Positions 9,416 to 19,213 are shown, counted from the stretch's first letter. The stretch is 64,000 nucleotides of DNA from an uncultured Planctomycetia bacterium (GCA_964629655.1 CAZVQU010000001.1:612056-676055), one strand, 5' to 3'. Numbers and translations are program-made. The notes: generated from the letters alone by a model not told the origin.

Positions 9416-10132
9416 ATGAGTGAGAAAAATATTGACTATGGTGGTTTAAAGAAACGAGGGTTTTTAAGAGAAAGACAAGAAGGCTTCTTTACTCTGAGAA
9501 CACGTGGGCCTTCAGGAAATTATAGCCAGAAGCACTTAGCAGGCTTAGCTAAAATTTCAGAGGACTATGCTCGAGGGTTTGTCCATCTTACGGTTCGTCA
9601 AGGAATCGAGATTCCTTTTATAAAGTTTGAACATATATTAAAAGTTGAGAAAGAAGTAAACCGGCTCGGTGTTAAGTTCGGGACTTCCGGGCTGCGTTTG
9701 AGAGCTACTACTGCCTGTCCGGGCAGCAATTGGTGCAAAAGTGGTCTTGTTGATACCTTTTTTCTTTTTAACCGGATAGAAGAAAAGGGAATCAGTTGTG
9801 GTTTAGAATTGCCGCATAAATTTAAAATTGTTATTTCCGGGTGCCCCAATACTTGTACAAGGGTTCAAGCCTCTGAGATAGGAATTCATGGAGCAGTGGA
9901 TGCAGAGAGTCCGGATAAAAGAATTGGCTATTGTCTATATTTAGGTGGGTGTGGCGGAAAGACTCCGCGTATCGGATTTAAGCTAAGTAAAATTTTTACT
10001 GAAGATGAGGTTCTATCCGTGATTGAGAGGGTAGTTATTTTCTATAAAGAAAATGCTAAGCCACGCCAACGCTTTGCTTTGTTGATTGAGGAGATCGGTA
10101 AGGATAATTTCTTAAAGCAAATAGGCTTTTAA
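9416..10132 (+). CDS. Small siroheme-[4Fe-4S] sulfite/nitrite reductase (assimilatory type)
   Basis: HLTVRQGIE, ACPGSNWC (CX5C), LPHKFKIVISGCPNTC (CX3C); last gene of the siroheme operon. Confidence 0.82.
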   Translation: MSEKNIDYGGLKKRGFLRERQEGFFTLRTRGPSGNYSQKHLAGLAKISEDYARGFVHLTVRQGIEIPFIKFEHILKVEKEVNRLGVKFGTSGLRLRATTACPGSNWCKSGLVDTFFLFNRIEEKGISCGLELPHKFKIVISGCPNTCTRVQASEIGIHGAVDAESPDKRIGYCLYLGGCGGKTPRIGFKLSKIFTEDEVLSVIERVVIFYKENAKPRQRFALLIEEIGKDNFLKQIGF

Positions 10133-10160
10133 GACTAAAAAGAATAGATATTATTGCTTC

Positions 10161-10188
10161 TTGACAATTTTTTACTTAGTAATACAAT
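10161..10188 (+). promoter_or_regulatory. sigma70 promoter of the Rrf2-cysK block
   Basis: TTGACA-N16-TACAAT. Confidence 0.6.
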
Positions 10189-10212
10189 TTGAATACTAAG
10201 ACTATTTAATTA

Positions 10213-10231
10213 ATTGGATTACTAGTAATTG
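10213..10231 (+). promoter_or_regulatory. Candidate Rrf2/CymR operator (autoregulation)
   Basis: ATTGGATTACTAGTAATTG, resembles 3330-3348 and abuts the SD. Confidence 0.45.
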
Positions 10232-10241
10232 GGAGGAGATT

Positions 10242-10682
10242 ATGAAAATTTCAACACGTACCAGATATGGAACAAGATTAATGCTAAGTCTAGCTTTAAA
10301 TTACGGTAAAGGACCATTTTTGTTGAAAGATGTTGCTGAGGGAGAACAGATCTCAGAAAAATATTTAAGCCAGATAATTATACCTTTAAAAGCTAAAGGG
10401 TTGGTGAATTCTTTTCGCGGTGCTCACGGAGGATATACTTTGGCAAAGGTGCCTTCTCAAATAAGTATCAAAGAAATAGTTGAAGCCTTAGAAGGAGGGC
10501 TTAATCTCGTAGGACGGGTCAAAGACGCTTCTTCTTGCAGCCAGGTCTCGATACGGGTTACTCACAATATTTGGAATGAGTTAAGTGAGAAAATGGCTAA
10601 GACGCTTGGTTCAATAACCTTAGATGATTTAGTGAAGGAGTCTAAGGCAAAAGGCAATAGGGTTTTAATGTACAACATCTAA
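10242..10682 (+). CDS. Rrf2-family regulator, CymR-like
   Basis: MKISTRTRYG, ISEKYLSQI, RGAHGGYTL; only one of the three IscR-type Cys; C-terminal MYNI. Confidence 0.88.
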   Translation: MKISTRTRYGTRLMLSLALNYGKGPFLLKDVAEGEQISEKYLSQIIIPLKAKGLVNSFRGAHGGYTLAKVPSQISIKEIVEALEGGLNLVGRVKDASSCSQVSIRVTHNIWNELSEKMAKTLGSITLDDLVKESKAKGNRVLMYNI

Positions 10683-10693
10683 TAGGCCATAGC

Positions 10694-10711
10694 TTGTTAA
10701 ATAGTTAACAA
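10694..10711. promoter_or_regulatory. Rex-box-like palindrome
   Basis: Perfect TTGTTAA-ATAG-TTAACAA ending 4 nt before ATG 10716. Confidence 0.5.
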
Positions 10712-10715
10712 TATA

Positions 10716-11705
10716 ATGAAAGCAATTGCCTTATTCTCCGGTGGACTGGATAGTACCTTAGCGATAAAGACCATTACTGAACAAGGGGTAGATGTTATAG
10801 CCTTGAATTTCTTTACTCCCTTCTGTCGTTGCGAGAGGTCAAAAGGCTGTGGGTCATTAATCAAGGATATGGCTAAGGAGCTTGGCGTAAAGATAAAAAT
10901 GGTTTGTTTAGGCCAGGATTATTTAGATATGATAAAAGACCCCGAACATGGATATGGTAAAAATATCAATCCCTGTATTGATTGTAGAATATTTAAGTTT
11001 AGACGAGCTAAAGGGGTTATGAAAGAAGAAGGGGCATCTTTTGTTATTACCGGGGAGGTCTTAGGACAAAGGCCGATGTCTCAGCATCGCCAGGCTTTGC
11101 GAACAATTGAAACCAAGGCCGGTCTAGAAGGGTTGGTTTTAAGACCTTTGTCGGCAAAGCTTTTTGCTCCTACTATAGCTGAAGAGCAAGGATGGGTAAG
11201 GAGAGAGGATTTACTGGAGATAAGTGGCAGGACTCGGAAGCCTCAGATTCGGTTAGCTTCTCATTGGGGGATAAAGAATTATCCTTGTCCAGCTGGAGGC
11301 TGTCTCTTAACAGATCATCATTTTTGCCAAAGACTAAAGGATCTTCTTAAACACGAAGAAATTAATATTAATAATACCGAGCTTTTAAAACTTGGCAGGC
11401 ATTTTCGCCTGAATCCTAAATTCAAACTAATTGTAGGCAGAGACGAAAAGGAAAACCAGAAGATTTTAAACTTAGCTCAAGAAGGAGATTTTTGCTTTGA
11501 ACCTAAAGATTTGCCAGGACCAACAGGAATCGGCAGGGGCCAACTTGATGAATCTGTAAAGATATTGTCTTCTCGGATAATAGCCCGTTACACTTCTCAA
11601 GAAGAAAAAGTAGATGTATTAGTCAGAACTATTCCCCAGAACCGGGGAGAAACCCTTTCTGTGAAGGCTATCGGCCAAGAGAAGATTAGAGAATACATAA
11701 TCTAA
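10716..11705 (+). CDS. PP-loop tRNA sulfurtransferase-like protein (ThiI/MnmA-related, Cys-rich)
   Basis: [42 protein letters not shown]. Confidence 0.78.
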   Translation: MKAIALFSGGLDSTLAIKTITEQGVDVIALNFFTPFCRCERSKGCGSLIKDMAKELGVKIKMVCLGQDYLDMIKDPEHGYGKNINPCIDCRIFKFRRAKGVMKEEGASFVITGEVLGQRPMSQHRQALRTIETKAGLEGLVLRPLSAKLFAPTIAEEQGWVRREDLLEISGRTRKPQIRLASHWGIKNYPCPAGGCLLTDHHFCQRLKDLLKHEEININNTELLKLGRHFRLNPKFKLIVGRDEKENQKILNLAQEGDFCFEPKDLPGPTGIGRGQLDESVKILSSRIIARYTSQEEKVDVLVRTIPQNRGETLSVKAIGQEKIREYII

Positions 11706-11730
11706 GCATACAGTGAAAAAGGAGGATAAA

Positions 11731-12642
11731 ATGAACATTGCCGAAAATATCACTCAACTAGTAGGGAATACTCCTTTGGTGAAGCTAGGCAAGCTCAGTG
11801 CCGGGATTGATGCTACCTTAGTAGTCAAACTAGAGTCTTTTAACCCTTGTTCAAGCGTTAAAGACAGAATTGGGTTGGCGATGATAGAAGATGCTGAGAG
11901 GAAGGGAAAGATTAACAAAGATACCGTTATTGTTGAACCGACTAGCGGCAATACCGGGATTGCTTTGGCTTTTGTCTGTGCTCAAAGAGGATATCGATTG
12001 GTTTTAACTATGCCCGAGAGCATGTCTTTGGAGAGAAGAAAACTACTATCCTGGTTTGGTGCCGAGCTAGTTTTGACACCGGCTGAGGGAGGGATGAAAG
12101 GTGCGATTGAAGAGGCCGAGGAGCTTCTTAAAAAGTATCCTAATGCTTTTATGCCCCAACAATTTAAGAACCCGGCTAATCCTAAAATACACCAAGAGGT
12201 TACAGCTGAAGAGATTTGGCGCGATACTAATGGGGAAATTGATATTTTAATCTCCGGTGTTGGTACCGGAGGAACAATTACCGGCGTAGCGGAGGCTCTT
12301 AAGAAAAAGAAGCCTGAGTTTGAAGCAATCGCTTTAGAGCCAGCAAAATCTCCTATTCTCTCTGGCGGTAAACCCGGTTCACACAAGATCCAAGGCATTG
12401 GCGCAGGTTTTGTTCCTGAGGTATTAAGGAGAGATTTAATAGATGAGATAATTTGCATAGAGGATGAAGATGCAATCTCTATGGCTGATCGGATTGCAAA
12501 AGAGGAAGGAATCCTGGTAGGGAATTCTAGCGGAGCAGCAGTCTGGGCCGGTTTAGAAATTGCTAGGCGTCCAGAAAATAAAGGTAAACTTATTGTAGTA
12601 ATCTTACCAGATACAGGGGAGAGATACTTATCTACTTGGTAG
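11731..12642 (+). CDS. cysK: Cysteine synthase A
   Basis: [41 protein letters not shown]. Confidence 0.96.
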   Translation: MNIAENITQLVGNTPLVKLGKLSAGIDATLVVKLESFNPCSSVKDRIGLAMIEDAERKGKINKDTVIVEPTSGNTGIALAFVCAQRGYRLVLTMPESMSLERRKLLSWFGAELVLTPAEGGMKGAIEEAEELLKKYPNAFMPQQFKNPANPKIHQEVTAEEIWRDTNGEIDILISGVGTGGTITGVAEALKKKKPEFEAIALEPAKSPILSGGKPGSHKIQGIGAGFVPEVLRRDLIDEIICIEDEDAISMADRIAKEEGILVGNSSGAAVWAGLEIARRPENKGKLIVVILPDTGERYLSTW

Positions 12643-12671
12643 TAAGTAACCCTGTAATATCAAGGAGGTGA

Positions 12672-13889
12672 ATGATGTCTAAGACAATAGCTGAGATTAA
12701 TGAAAAGATTAAGAAAGGGCAGGTGGTTGTTGTCACTGCTGAGGAGATGATAGGAATCGTTAAAGAAAAAGGAGCTAAAGCTGCGGCCGAAGAAGTGGAT
12801 GTAGTAACTACAGCTACCTTTGGCCCAATGTGTTCTTCAGGTGCCTATCTCAACATCGGGCATGCTAAGCCTAAGATAAAGCTAGGTGGGGGAAAGACTA
12901 CCCTAAATAAAATTGATACATATGCGGGTTTTGCTGCAGTTGATCTTTACATTGGAGCAACTGCCCTAGCTGACGATGATCCCAGGAATAAAGTTTTTCC
13001 GGGAAAATTCAAGTATGGCGGTGGGCATGTAATTGAAGATTTAGCAGCCGGGAAAGATATTGTTTTAGAGGGTGCTGCTTATGGGACAGATTGCTATCCA
13101 GGTAAAGAGCTTAAGACACTGATTAACATAAAAGACATCAACGAAGCAGTGCTTTTCAATCCTAGGAATCTGTATCAAAATTACAATATTGCTGTTAACT
13201 TATCTGACAAGACCATTTATACCTATATGGGAACCTTAAGACCAAAGGTAGGCAATGCAAACTATTGTAGTGCTGGACAACTTTCCCCATTTCTTAATGA
13301 CCCTCTTTACAGAACTATTGGTATTGGTACCAAGATATTCTTAGGCGGAGGCATTGGTTATGTTTCTTGGTGGGGAACTCAACATAATCCTGGAGTTAAG
13401 AGAGCTGACAATAAGACTCCTCTTACGCCAGCAGGAACAGCTGCTGTTATTGGTGACTTAAAACAGATGAGCGATAAGTGGCTTAAGGGGGTTAGTTTCT
13501 TAGGGTATGGAGTAACTCTTAGTGTGGGAATTGGTGTACCTATTCCGATACTCGATGAAGAAATGGCTCAGTTTACTGCTGTATCTGATGATCAACTCTC
13601 TGCGAGCATAGTCGATTATAGTAAAGCTTACCCTCAAGGAATTCCTGAATCTTTAGGAAGAGCTACTTATGCGGAACTTAAAACTGGGAAAATAACTGTA
13701 AGAGGAAGAGAAGTTCCTACCGGGGCAATATCAAGCTATCCTAAGGCAAGAGAGATAGCTGATGAACTTAAAACCTGGATTAAGAAAGGCGACTTTCTTT
13801 TGACTGAGCCAGTGGCTGAATTTCCCGGCCCGGATTCGGGATACAAATTTAAACCTTTAAAGGTCAGAGAAGTAAAAGGAGGTAAGTAG
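12672..13889 (+). CDS. DUF39 homocysteine biosynthesis protein (aspartate-semialdehyde sulfurtransferase, MA1821-like)
   Basis: KTIAEINEKI, VDVVTTATFGPMCSSGA, YGGGHVIEDL, GTDCYP, NPRNLYQNY. Confidence 0.88.
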   Translation: MMSKTIAEINEKIKKGQVVVVTAEEMIGIVKEKGAKAAAEEVDVVTTATFGPMCSSGAYLNIGHAKPKIKLGGGKTTLNKIDTYAGFAAVDLYIGATALADDDPRNKVFPGKFKYGGGHVIEDLAAGKDIVLEGAAYGTDCYPGKELKTLINIKDINEAVLFNPRNLYQNYNIAVNLSDKTIYTYMGTLRPKVGNANYCSAGQLSPFLNDPLYRTIGIGTKIFLGGGIGYVSWWGTQHNPGVKRADNKTPLTPAGTAAVIGDLKQMSDKWLKGVSFLGYGVTLSVGIGVPIPILDEEMAQFTAVSDDQLSASIVDYSKAYPQGIPESLGRATYAELKTGKITVRGREVPTGAISSYPKAREIADELKTWIKKGDFLLTEPVAEFPGPDSGYKFKPLKVREVKGGK

Positions 13890-13891
13890 TT

Positions 13892-14299
13892 ATGTACTCC
13901 AAAAAAATAGTTCTACACTTTCCTTCCGATCTTGTTAACAAGTCGATAATTTATAGATTATCAAAAGACTTTGATTTAGAGTTCAATATTCTCAAAGCTC
14001 TTGTTAATCCTGACGAGGAAGGATTGATGGTCCTTGAGCTAAAGGGTGAGAAAGATGAGTATACCAGAGCAGTAAAATACCTAGAAAAAGAGAAGGTTAG
14101 AATTCAGACCTTATCTAAAGATGTAATTCGCGATGAAGATAAGTGTGTTGATTGCGGATTATGTGTCGCTGTCTGTCCGGTAGAGGCCTTTGAAGTAGAT
14201 TCTGATTCAAGAAAGATAGAATTCCACGACGATAAGTGTATTGCTTGTGAGATGTGCGTGAAAGTTTGTCCTTACAAGGCTATGGAGGTAAACTTCTAA
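13892..14299 (+). CDS. NIL domain plus 2x[4Fe-4S] ferredoxin (MA1822-like partner of DUF39)
   Basis: FNILKA NIL motif; two CxxCxxCxxxCP motifs. Confidence 0.88.
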   Translation: MYSKKIVLHFPSDLVNKSIIYRLSKDFDLEFNILKALVNPDEEGLMVLELKGEKDEYTRAVKYLEKEKVRIQTLSKDVIRDEDKCVDCGLCVAVCPVEAFEVDSDSRKIEFHDDKCIACEMCVKVCPYKAMEVNF

Positions 14300-14308
14300 G
14301 CGAAATTT

Positions 14309-14581
14309 ATGGCAGTAATAAGAATACCTTTGTTATTTCAAGAGGCAGTAGGTGGAGCTACCCAATTAGAGGTTAAGGCAGATAATATTAGCGAGTTGAT
14401 TGGTAACTTAACTAATGAATTTCCTGATCTCAAAGAGAAATTCTATGATACCCAAGGGAGTTTAAGTAAGTTTATCAACATCTATGTTAATGGGGAAGAT
14501 TCCCGGTTTTTAGAAGGCGAGAAAACTCACCTCAATGATAGAGATATCATAGATATTATTCTTCCTATTGCCGGAGGGTAG
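14309..14581 (+). CDS. MoaD/ThiS/CysO-family ubiquitin-like sulfur carrier
   Basis: INIYVNGED, C-terminal AGG. Confidence 0.88.
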   Translation: MAVIRIPLLFQEAVGGATQLEVKADNISELIGNLTNEFPDLKEKFYDTQGSLSKFINIYVNGEDSRFLEGEKTHLNDRDIIDIILPIAGG

Positions 14582-14596
14582 GAAAGATTAATTAAG

Positions 14597-15379
14597 ATGG
14601 CACTTAGTCAAGAACAACTCACCAGATACCGGCGAAATATAACCATTCCGGCCATAGGCAGCAAGGGTCAAGAAAAGCTTCTTAACTCGAAGGTGTTAAT
14701 TATTGGTACCGGTGGCCTAGGCTCATCTTGTGCCTATTATTTAGCCGCTGCCGGCATTGGAAAGATTGGCCTAGTTGATTTTGATTTGGTAGAATTAGAT
14801 AACTTGCAGAGGCAAATTCTTCATGCAACCAGAGATATTGGAAAGTCGAAGGTTATATCCGCCAAAGATAAGCTTAACAATCTCAATCCCGAGATAGAGA
14901 TTACTCCCCATAAAGTTAAGTTATCTTCTGAGAATATATTAGATATTGTTAAAGACTATTTGTTATTAGTAGAGTGCTCAGATAACTTTTTAACAAAATA
15001 TCTATTAAATGATACCGCTATTCTTACTAAAAAACCATTGTTCTATGCAGCAGTGTTAAGATTTGAGGGTCAAGCTATGACTATTCTTCCCAGGCAGACT
15101 GCCTGTTATCGCTGTCTATTCCCTAAACCACCCTCCGAAAACGAATTCATCTCACCCAAAGATGCCGGGATTCTAGGAGCTGTTGCTGGGACGATAGGGT
15201 TGGTCCAGGCCAACGAAGTCTTAAAATACATTCTAAATATAGGAGAATTATTGACCAATAAGCTCTTAACTTTTGATTCTCTTGCTACAACTTTTAAGAA
15301 AATAAAAGTTCAGCCTAATCCGAGTTGTCCGGTATGCGGCCAAAATCCTACAATAAGAGAGATTACCGGCAGTAAATAA
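14597..15379 (+). CDS. MoeB/ThiF-family adenylyltransferase
   Basis: GTGGLGS, NLQRQ, CYRC and CPVC Zn motifs; no rhodanese domain. Confidence 0.9.
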   Translation: MALSQEQLTRYRRNITIPAIGSKGQEKLLNSKVLIIGTGGLGSSCAYYLAAAGIGKIGLVDFDLVELDNLQRQILHATRDIGKSKVISAKDKLNNLNPEIEITPHKVKLSSENILDIVKDYLLLVECSDNFLTKYLLNDTAILTKKPLFYAAVLRFEGQAMTILPRQTACYRCLFPKPPSENEFISPKDAGILGAVAGTIGLVQANEVLKYILNIGELLTNKLLTFDSLATTFKKIKVQPNPSCPVCGQNPTIREITGSK

Positions 15380-15486
15380 CTCTTCCTGAATGATCAAATA
15401 CAAGGATTGTAAATATATTTAAATCTGGTAGAATATCGCTTGCGTTAGATAGGTAAAGTTAGATAAATTCAAAGTAAGGGGGAGAT

Positions 15487-16272
15487 ATGACCAAGAAGAT
15501 TTTTAGTAGTGTAGGAGAAAAAGAAGTTACCCGGGCAATTGTCGATGAATTTTCAAAGCAGTTCTCAGAGTATACTGAGAGTGATGTAATTATTATTGGT
15601 GCTGGCCCCAGTGGACTTATGGCTGGTAAAGAATTAGCGCTCGCAGGGCTTAAAGTGCTTATTGTCGAGAGAAATAATTACCTTGGCGGCGGTTTCTGGA
15701 TTGGCGGTTATCTTATGAATAAACTTACCGTAAGGGCACCGGCTGAAGAAATTCTAAAAGAGCTGGGAGTTCCTTACAAAGAAACTAATCCCGGGCTTTT
15801 TGTTGCTGATGGCCCCCATGCTTGCTCTAAGCTTATTGCTGCTGCTTGTGATGCCGGGGTTAAAATAGCTAATATGACTGTCTTTGAAGATATTGTCTTA
15901 AGAGAGAAAAATCGTGTAGCTGGCGCAGTAATTAACTGGACTCCGGTTCAAGCCTTACCGCGGCAAATTACCTGCGTTGATCCGGTAGCTATAGAGGGAA
16001 AGATTGTGATTGATGCTACCGGCCATGATGCGATGGTTTGCCAGAAGATGGAAGAAAGAGACCTGCTTAAAACTAGAGGCTATGGAGCAATGTGGGTTGA
16101 GCGCTCTGAGGATTTATTGGTTGAGCATACCGGCGAAGTATCTCCTGGCCTCATAGTCATTGGTATGGCGGTATCGACTATGTATGGGCTTCCTCGAATG
16201 GGCCCTACTTTCGGCGGAATGCTTCTTTCCGGTAAAAGAGGCGCTGAAGTTGTAAAAGAAAAATTAAAGTAG
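15487..16272 (+). CDS. thi4: THI4-family thiazole synthase, Cys type
   Basis: [43 protein letters not shown]. Confidence 0.92.
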   Translation: MTKKIFSSVGEKEVTRAIVDEFSKQFSEYTESDVIIIGAGPSGLMAGKELALAGLKVLIVERNNYLGGGFWIGGYLMNKLTVRAPAEEILKELGVPYKETNPGLFVADGPHACSKLIAAACDAGVKIANMTVFEDIVLREKNRVAGAVINWTPVQALPRQITCVDPVAIEGKIVIDATGHDAMVCQKMEERDLLKTRGYGAMWVERSEDLLVEHTGEVSPGLIVIGMAVSTMYGLPRMGPTFGGMLLSGKRGAEVVKEKLK

Positions 16273-16284
16273 TCTAAGAATAAA

Positions 16285-17103
16285 ATGTCTAGGCGAAGTC
16301 ATCCCGCCAGGGGTACCATTTCTTCTATTTATCTTTATGGGAGTAGTGGCCTGCCAGAGTATAAAGCAGAAGAAATCACCGACTACCTAAAAAACATATA
16401 TCCTAAAGCAAAAACAGAGCAGAGAGGAGATTTCTTCTCCTTCTTGCTTAAAAGTCCGGACTCTCCTGATATTGAGGAGCTTGCCAGAAAAATTACCTGC
16501 TCCCGGGTTCATAGCGTTAGTGAGCAGCTGAAAGAGTTTTCACCCCTTCCCTTAGAGATTGAATATGAGAAAAAAAGGCTTTTGGGGAATAAACAACTAA
16601 AGGGTGTAATCTACGATGGTTTTCATTTACAAAAAATCTGCAGAGAGCTTCTTGGCTTAAAGGAATTTAAACCTTCATCCTGCCATATAATATTTACCAA
16701 CCAGCTATTAGCTAGTTTCGATAGCAATGATCGGCGCTATCATGTCAGAGTCGGTATCTATGGCCGGCCTAATATCATCTCTGTTCCGGGATTAGTAGAA
16801 GCTTTAGCTAAGCCTAAGGAGTACTACATAAAGATGCAGATGGGTGAGGATACCTTGACCTTAAGTCAGGAATTTAAAGGAGAGATTATCGAGTATGAAG
16901 ATACCCGGATTACAGAATTATTAAAAGGTTATTGCCTTCAAGCCCTTTTCTATCACTTGACCGGAGATCCTTTTTGCTCCGATAAAAAATGCCGCCTTTA
17001 TAATGCTCATTGGCAAAAGGAAGCAATCGAAGCCCAGATAGAGGCTGAGTATGAATTTTGCCTCAAGCATGCTGAGATTACTTCACAGTGGAAAAATAGA
17101 TAA
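16285..17103 (+). CDS. DUF6775-like putative metallopeptidase
   Basis: DRRYH, GLVEALAKPKEYY, GDPFC..CRLYNAHWQ, C-terminal FCLKH; family recalled from memory. Confidence 0.6.
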   Translation: MSRRSHPARGTISSIYLYGSSGLPEYKAEEITDYLKNIYPKAKTEQRGDFFSFLLKSPDSPDIEELARKITCSRVHSVSEQLKEFSPLPLEIEYEKKRLLGNKQLKGVIYDGFHLQKICRELLGLKEFKPSSCHIIFTNQLLASFDSNDRRYHVRVGIYGRPNIISVPGLVEALAKPKEYYIKMQMGEDTLTLSQEFKGEIIEYEDTRITELLKGYCLQALFYHLTGDPFCSDKKCRLYNAHWQKEAIEAQIEAEYEFCLKHAEITSQWKNR

Positions 17104-17145
17104 TAAATACAAGGTATTTCTAAGACGGAAAAGATTACTTTTATC

Positions 17146-17175
17146 TTGACATACCCTAGGGGGGTATGGTATAAA
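17146..17175 (+). promoter_or_regulatory. Promoter containing a CsoR/RcnR operator
   Basis: TTGACA (17146) and TATAAA (17170) bracket ATACCC-TAGGG-GGGTAT (17151-17167), a typical CsoR-family G/C-tract inverted repeat. Confidence 0.8.
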
Positions 17176-17233
17176 TGGTTTAGGGATAATAGAGATATAA
17201 CAAGGGTATTGGTTTTAAAATACGAGGTGATAA

Positions 17234-17515
17234 ATGGCGCATAAAACAACTCATAGTGAAAATTTGATTGCTCTGCGAAGAATTGAGGGCCAGATTAAAG
17301 GTATCCAGAAAATGGTTGAAGAAAAGAAATATTGTATAGATATCGTCAATCAGGTTCATGCTTCAATAAGTGCTCTTCGCCGAGTAGCTGAGAAAATTCT
17401 CTCTAAACATATGGAACATTGCGTAGTAGATGCCATAAAGGGGAAATCAGAGTCGCAAAGAAAAGAAAAGATAGATGAGGTAATGAGTGTAATAAGAAAA
17501 ATACATAAGATATGA
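17234..17515 (+). CDS. CsoR/RcnR-family metal-sensing repressor
   Basis: LRRIEGQIKGIQKM, YCIDI, HMEHC (C-H-C ligands), N-terminal His residues. Confidence 0.92.
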   Translation: MAHKTTHSENLIALRRIEGQIKGIQKMVEEKKYCIDIVNQVHASISALRRVAEKILSKHMEHCVVDAIKGKSESQRKEKIDEVMSVIRKIHKI

Positions 17516-18528
17516 GAGTAGCTAAAACAATTTTTATCTTGACCTTTATTTTAAGCCTAACAGTTCTACATAACGAAATAAAAGCAGGCTCTCTTTACAA
17601 GGAAATAAATATTATTGGTGGTTATTCCGATCTCAACAAATCGGTTGGTAAGGATAATAGGTCATTAAAGAATTCAATTGGCTTTGAGTATTATGATAAG
17701 TTTTCTGACCAATACGGAGATTATTTAACTGCCGATCTTCAAGTGAGATTAGCTTATGATTCTTTAAAGAATTCCAATGATGCCTGGGCTCTTGAGGTTC
17801 ACAATGCTTTTCTAGATTACAAATTAGGCTTAGGTAAGGCTTTACGTGTAGGGCATTTTGATCCCTCATTTGGGCTTGAACCGGTTCTGGATACGCACGG
17901 TACTTTATTCCAGACCTTAGCTCGCAAGAACATTGGTTTTAAAAAAGATTGGGGCACTGGCATAAGAGGTATTCTTGGTGAGTTTGACTATGAACTTTCT
18001 GCTCAAATTGGCTCGGGGATGGGTATTGAGAGAAAAGACGGAAGTTTTTTGCTCAGTAGCAGGCTCGGGACAGCCCAGGATAGAGATTTTCAATACGGGA
18101 TATCTTTGCTCTATGGTGAAGTGCTTGCCAGTAACGAAACAAAGACTATTCCGGCCCCGGAGCTTATCTCAAACCAGGCTATTCTTAAGAAGAGGATAGG
18201 TTTAGATGGCCAATATTCATCCGGCCCTTATCTACTAAAGGGAGAGTTAGTTTATGGCCAGGATTCCAACGATGATATTCTGGGATCGCTCCTTGAGGTT
18301 GATTACGTTCCTCGGTCTATTCAAGAGTTAGAATTTAAACTGCAAGGTCAGTTTTTCTCAAAAGATTTAGGAAATTCTAATCTTCAAGATATAATTGTTG
18401 GCGCTGGATTGGGCTACAAGCTTAATTCTGACCTTACTCTACGGTTAGCTTATTTTCATGATTTTCGCTCATCAAGCGTAGATAAGGATAGGCAGGTGCT
18501 TTTGCAAGTATACTATTATGGGCTTTAA
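17512..18528 (+). CDS. Putative outer-membrane beta-barrel (porin-like)
   Basis: Signal peptide, amphipathic strands, RVGHFDPSFGLE, aromatic-rich C-terminal strand QVYYY. Confidence 0.6.
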   Translation: MRVAKTIFILTFILSLTVLHNEIKAGSLYKEINIIGGYSDLNKSVGKDNRSLKNSIGFEYYDKFSDQYGDYLTADLQVRLAYDSLKNSNDAWALEVHNAFLDYKLGLGKALRVGHFDPSFGLEPVLDTHGTLFQTLARKNIGFKKDWGTGIRGILGEFDYELSAQIGSGMGIERKDGSFLLSSRLGTAQDRDFQYGISLLYGEVLASNETKTIPAPELISNQAILKKRIGLDGQYSSGPYLLKGELVYGQDSNDDILGSLLEVDYVPRSIQELEFKLQGQFFSKDLGNSNLQDIIVGAGLGYKLNSDLTLRLAYFHDFRSSSVDKDRQVLLQVYYYGL

Positions 18529-18529
18529 G

Positions 18530-19213
18530 ATGAGAAAATTTATTTTAAGTTTAATGCTGTGTTTTTTATCAACTTTTGCTTACTCTGATGATGCGTCTGC
18601 AGCAGTTGGCTGTACCTTAAACGACCCGGATCGTGATGTAATCCGTATTTTCCCAGAATCTACCGGTTATCGAACTGATTTTATAAGCATAAAGGAGAAG
18701 GGTGGGGAGATTTTAGCAGAAGAAATAGAAAAGAAGCTCGGCGATAAACTAGATTCTGCTTATGAGTCTTTAGATGTGCCTTATTCTTACTATACCATTC
18801 TTAAAGGCATGGAGGTCATTGGCTACATTCATGGTGTTAACCAGAAAGGAACTTTTGGAGGAATACAGATTATCTTAGCCAGTGATTTAGAGGGTAAGAT
18901 AATAAATCTTTATTATCAGAAGATATCTTCTCCTGAGGCCAGTAAATTTAGAAACAAAAGATTTGTTGACCAGTTCACAGGACTAACACTGGCAGATTTC
19001 TATCGTCATGATGCTTTAGGGGGTAACGAATATTCTTATGACAAAATAGCAGAAATCAAAGATCCAAGCGAAAACAGCAATCAAGATTTTAAAGCCACCT
19101 TAAGAGGCATAAAGAAGAATTTAATCTTACTTGATGAGTTTATATTAAATAGTAAGTATGATCAGGATTATAACAAGATTAATAAAGGAGGTAATAATGA
19201 GAGTGATGATTAG
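18530..19213 (+). CDS. Periplasmic protein with FMN-binding-like fold
   Basis: Signal peptide; IGYIHGVNQKGTFGGIQI..FVDQFTG resembles FMN_bind domains but lacks the SGAT motif. Confidence 0.5.
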   Translation: MRKFILSLMLCFLSTFAYSDDASAAVGCTLNDPDRDVIRIFPESTGYRTDFISIKEKGGEILAEEIEKKLGDKLDSAYESLDVPYSYYTILKGMEVIGYIHGVNQKGTFGGIQIILASDLEGKIINLYYQKISSPEASKFRNKRFVDQFTGLTLADFYRHDALGGNEYSYDKIAEIKDPSENSNQDFKATLRGIKKNLILLDEFILNSKYDQDYNKINKGGNNESDD

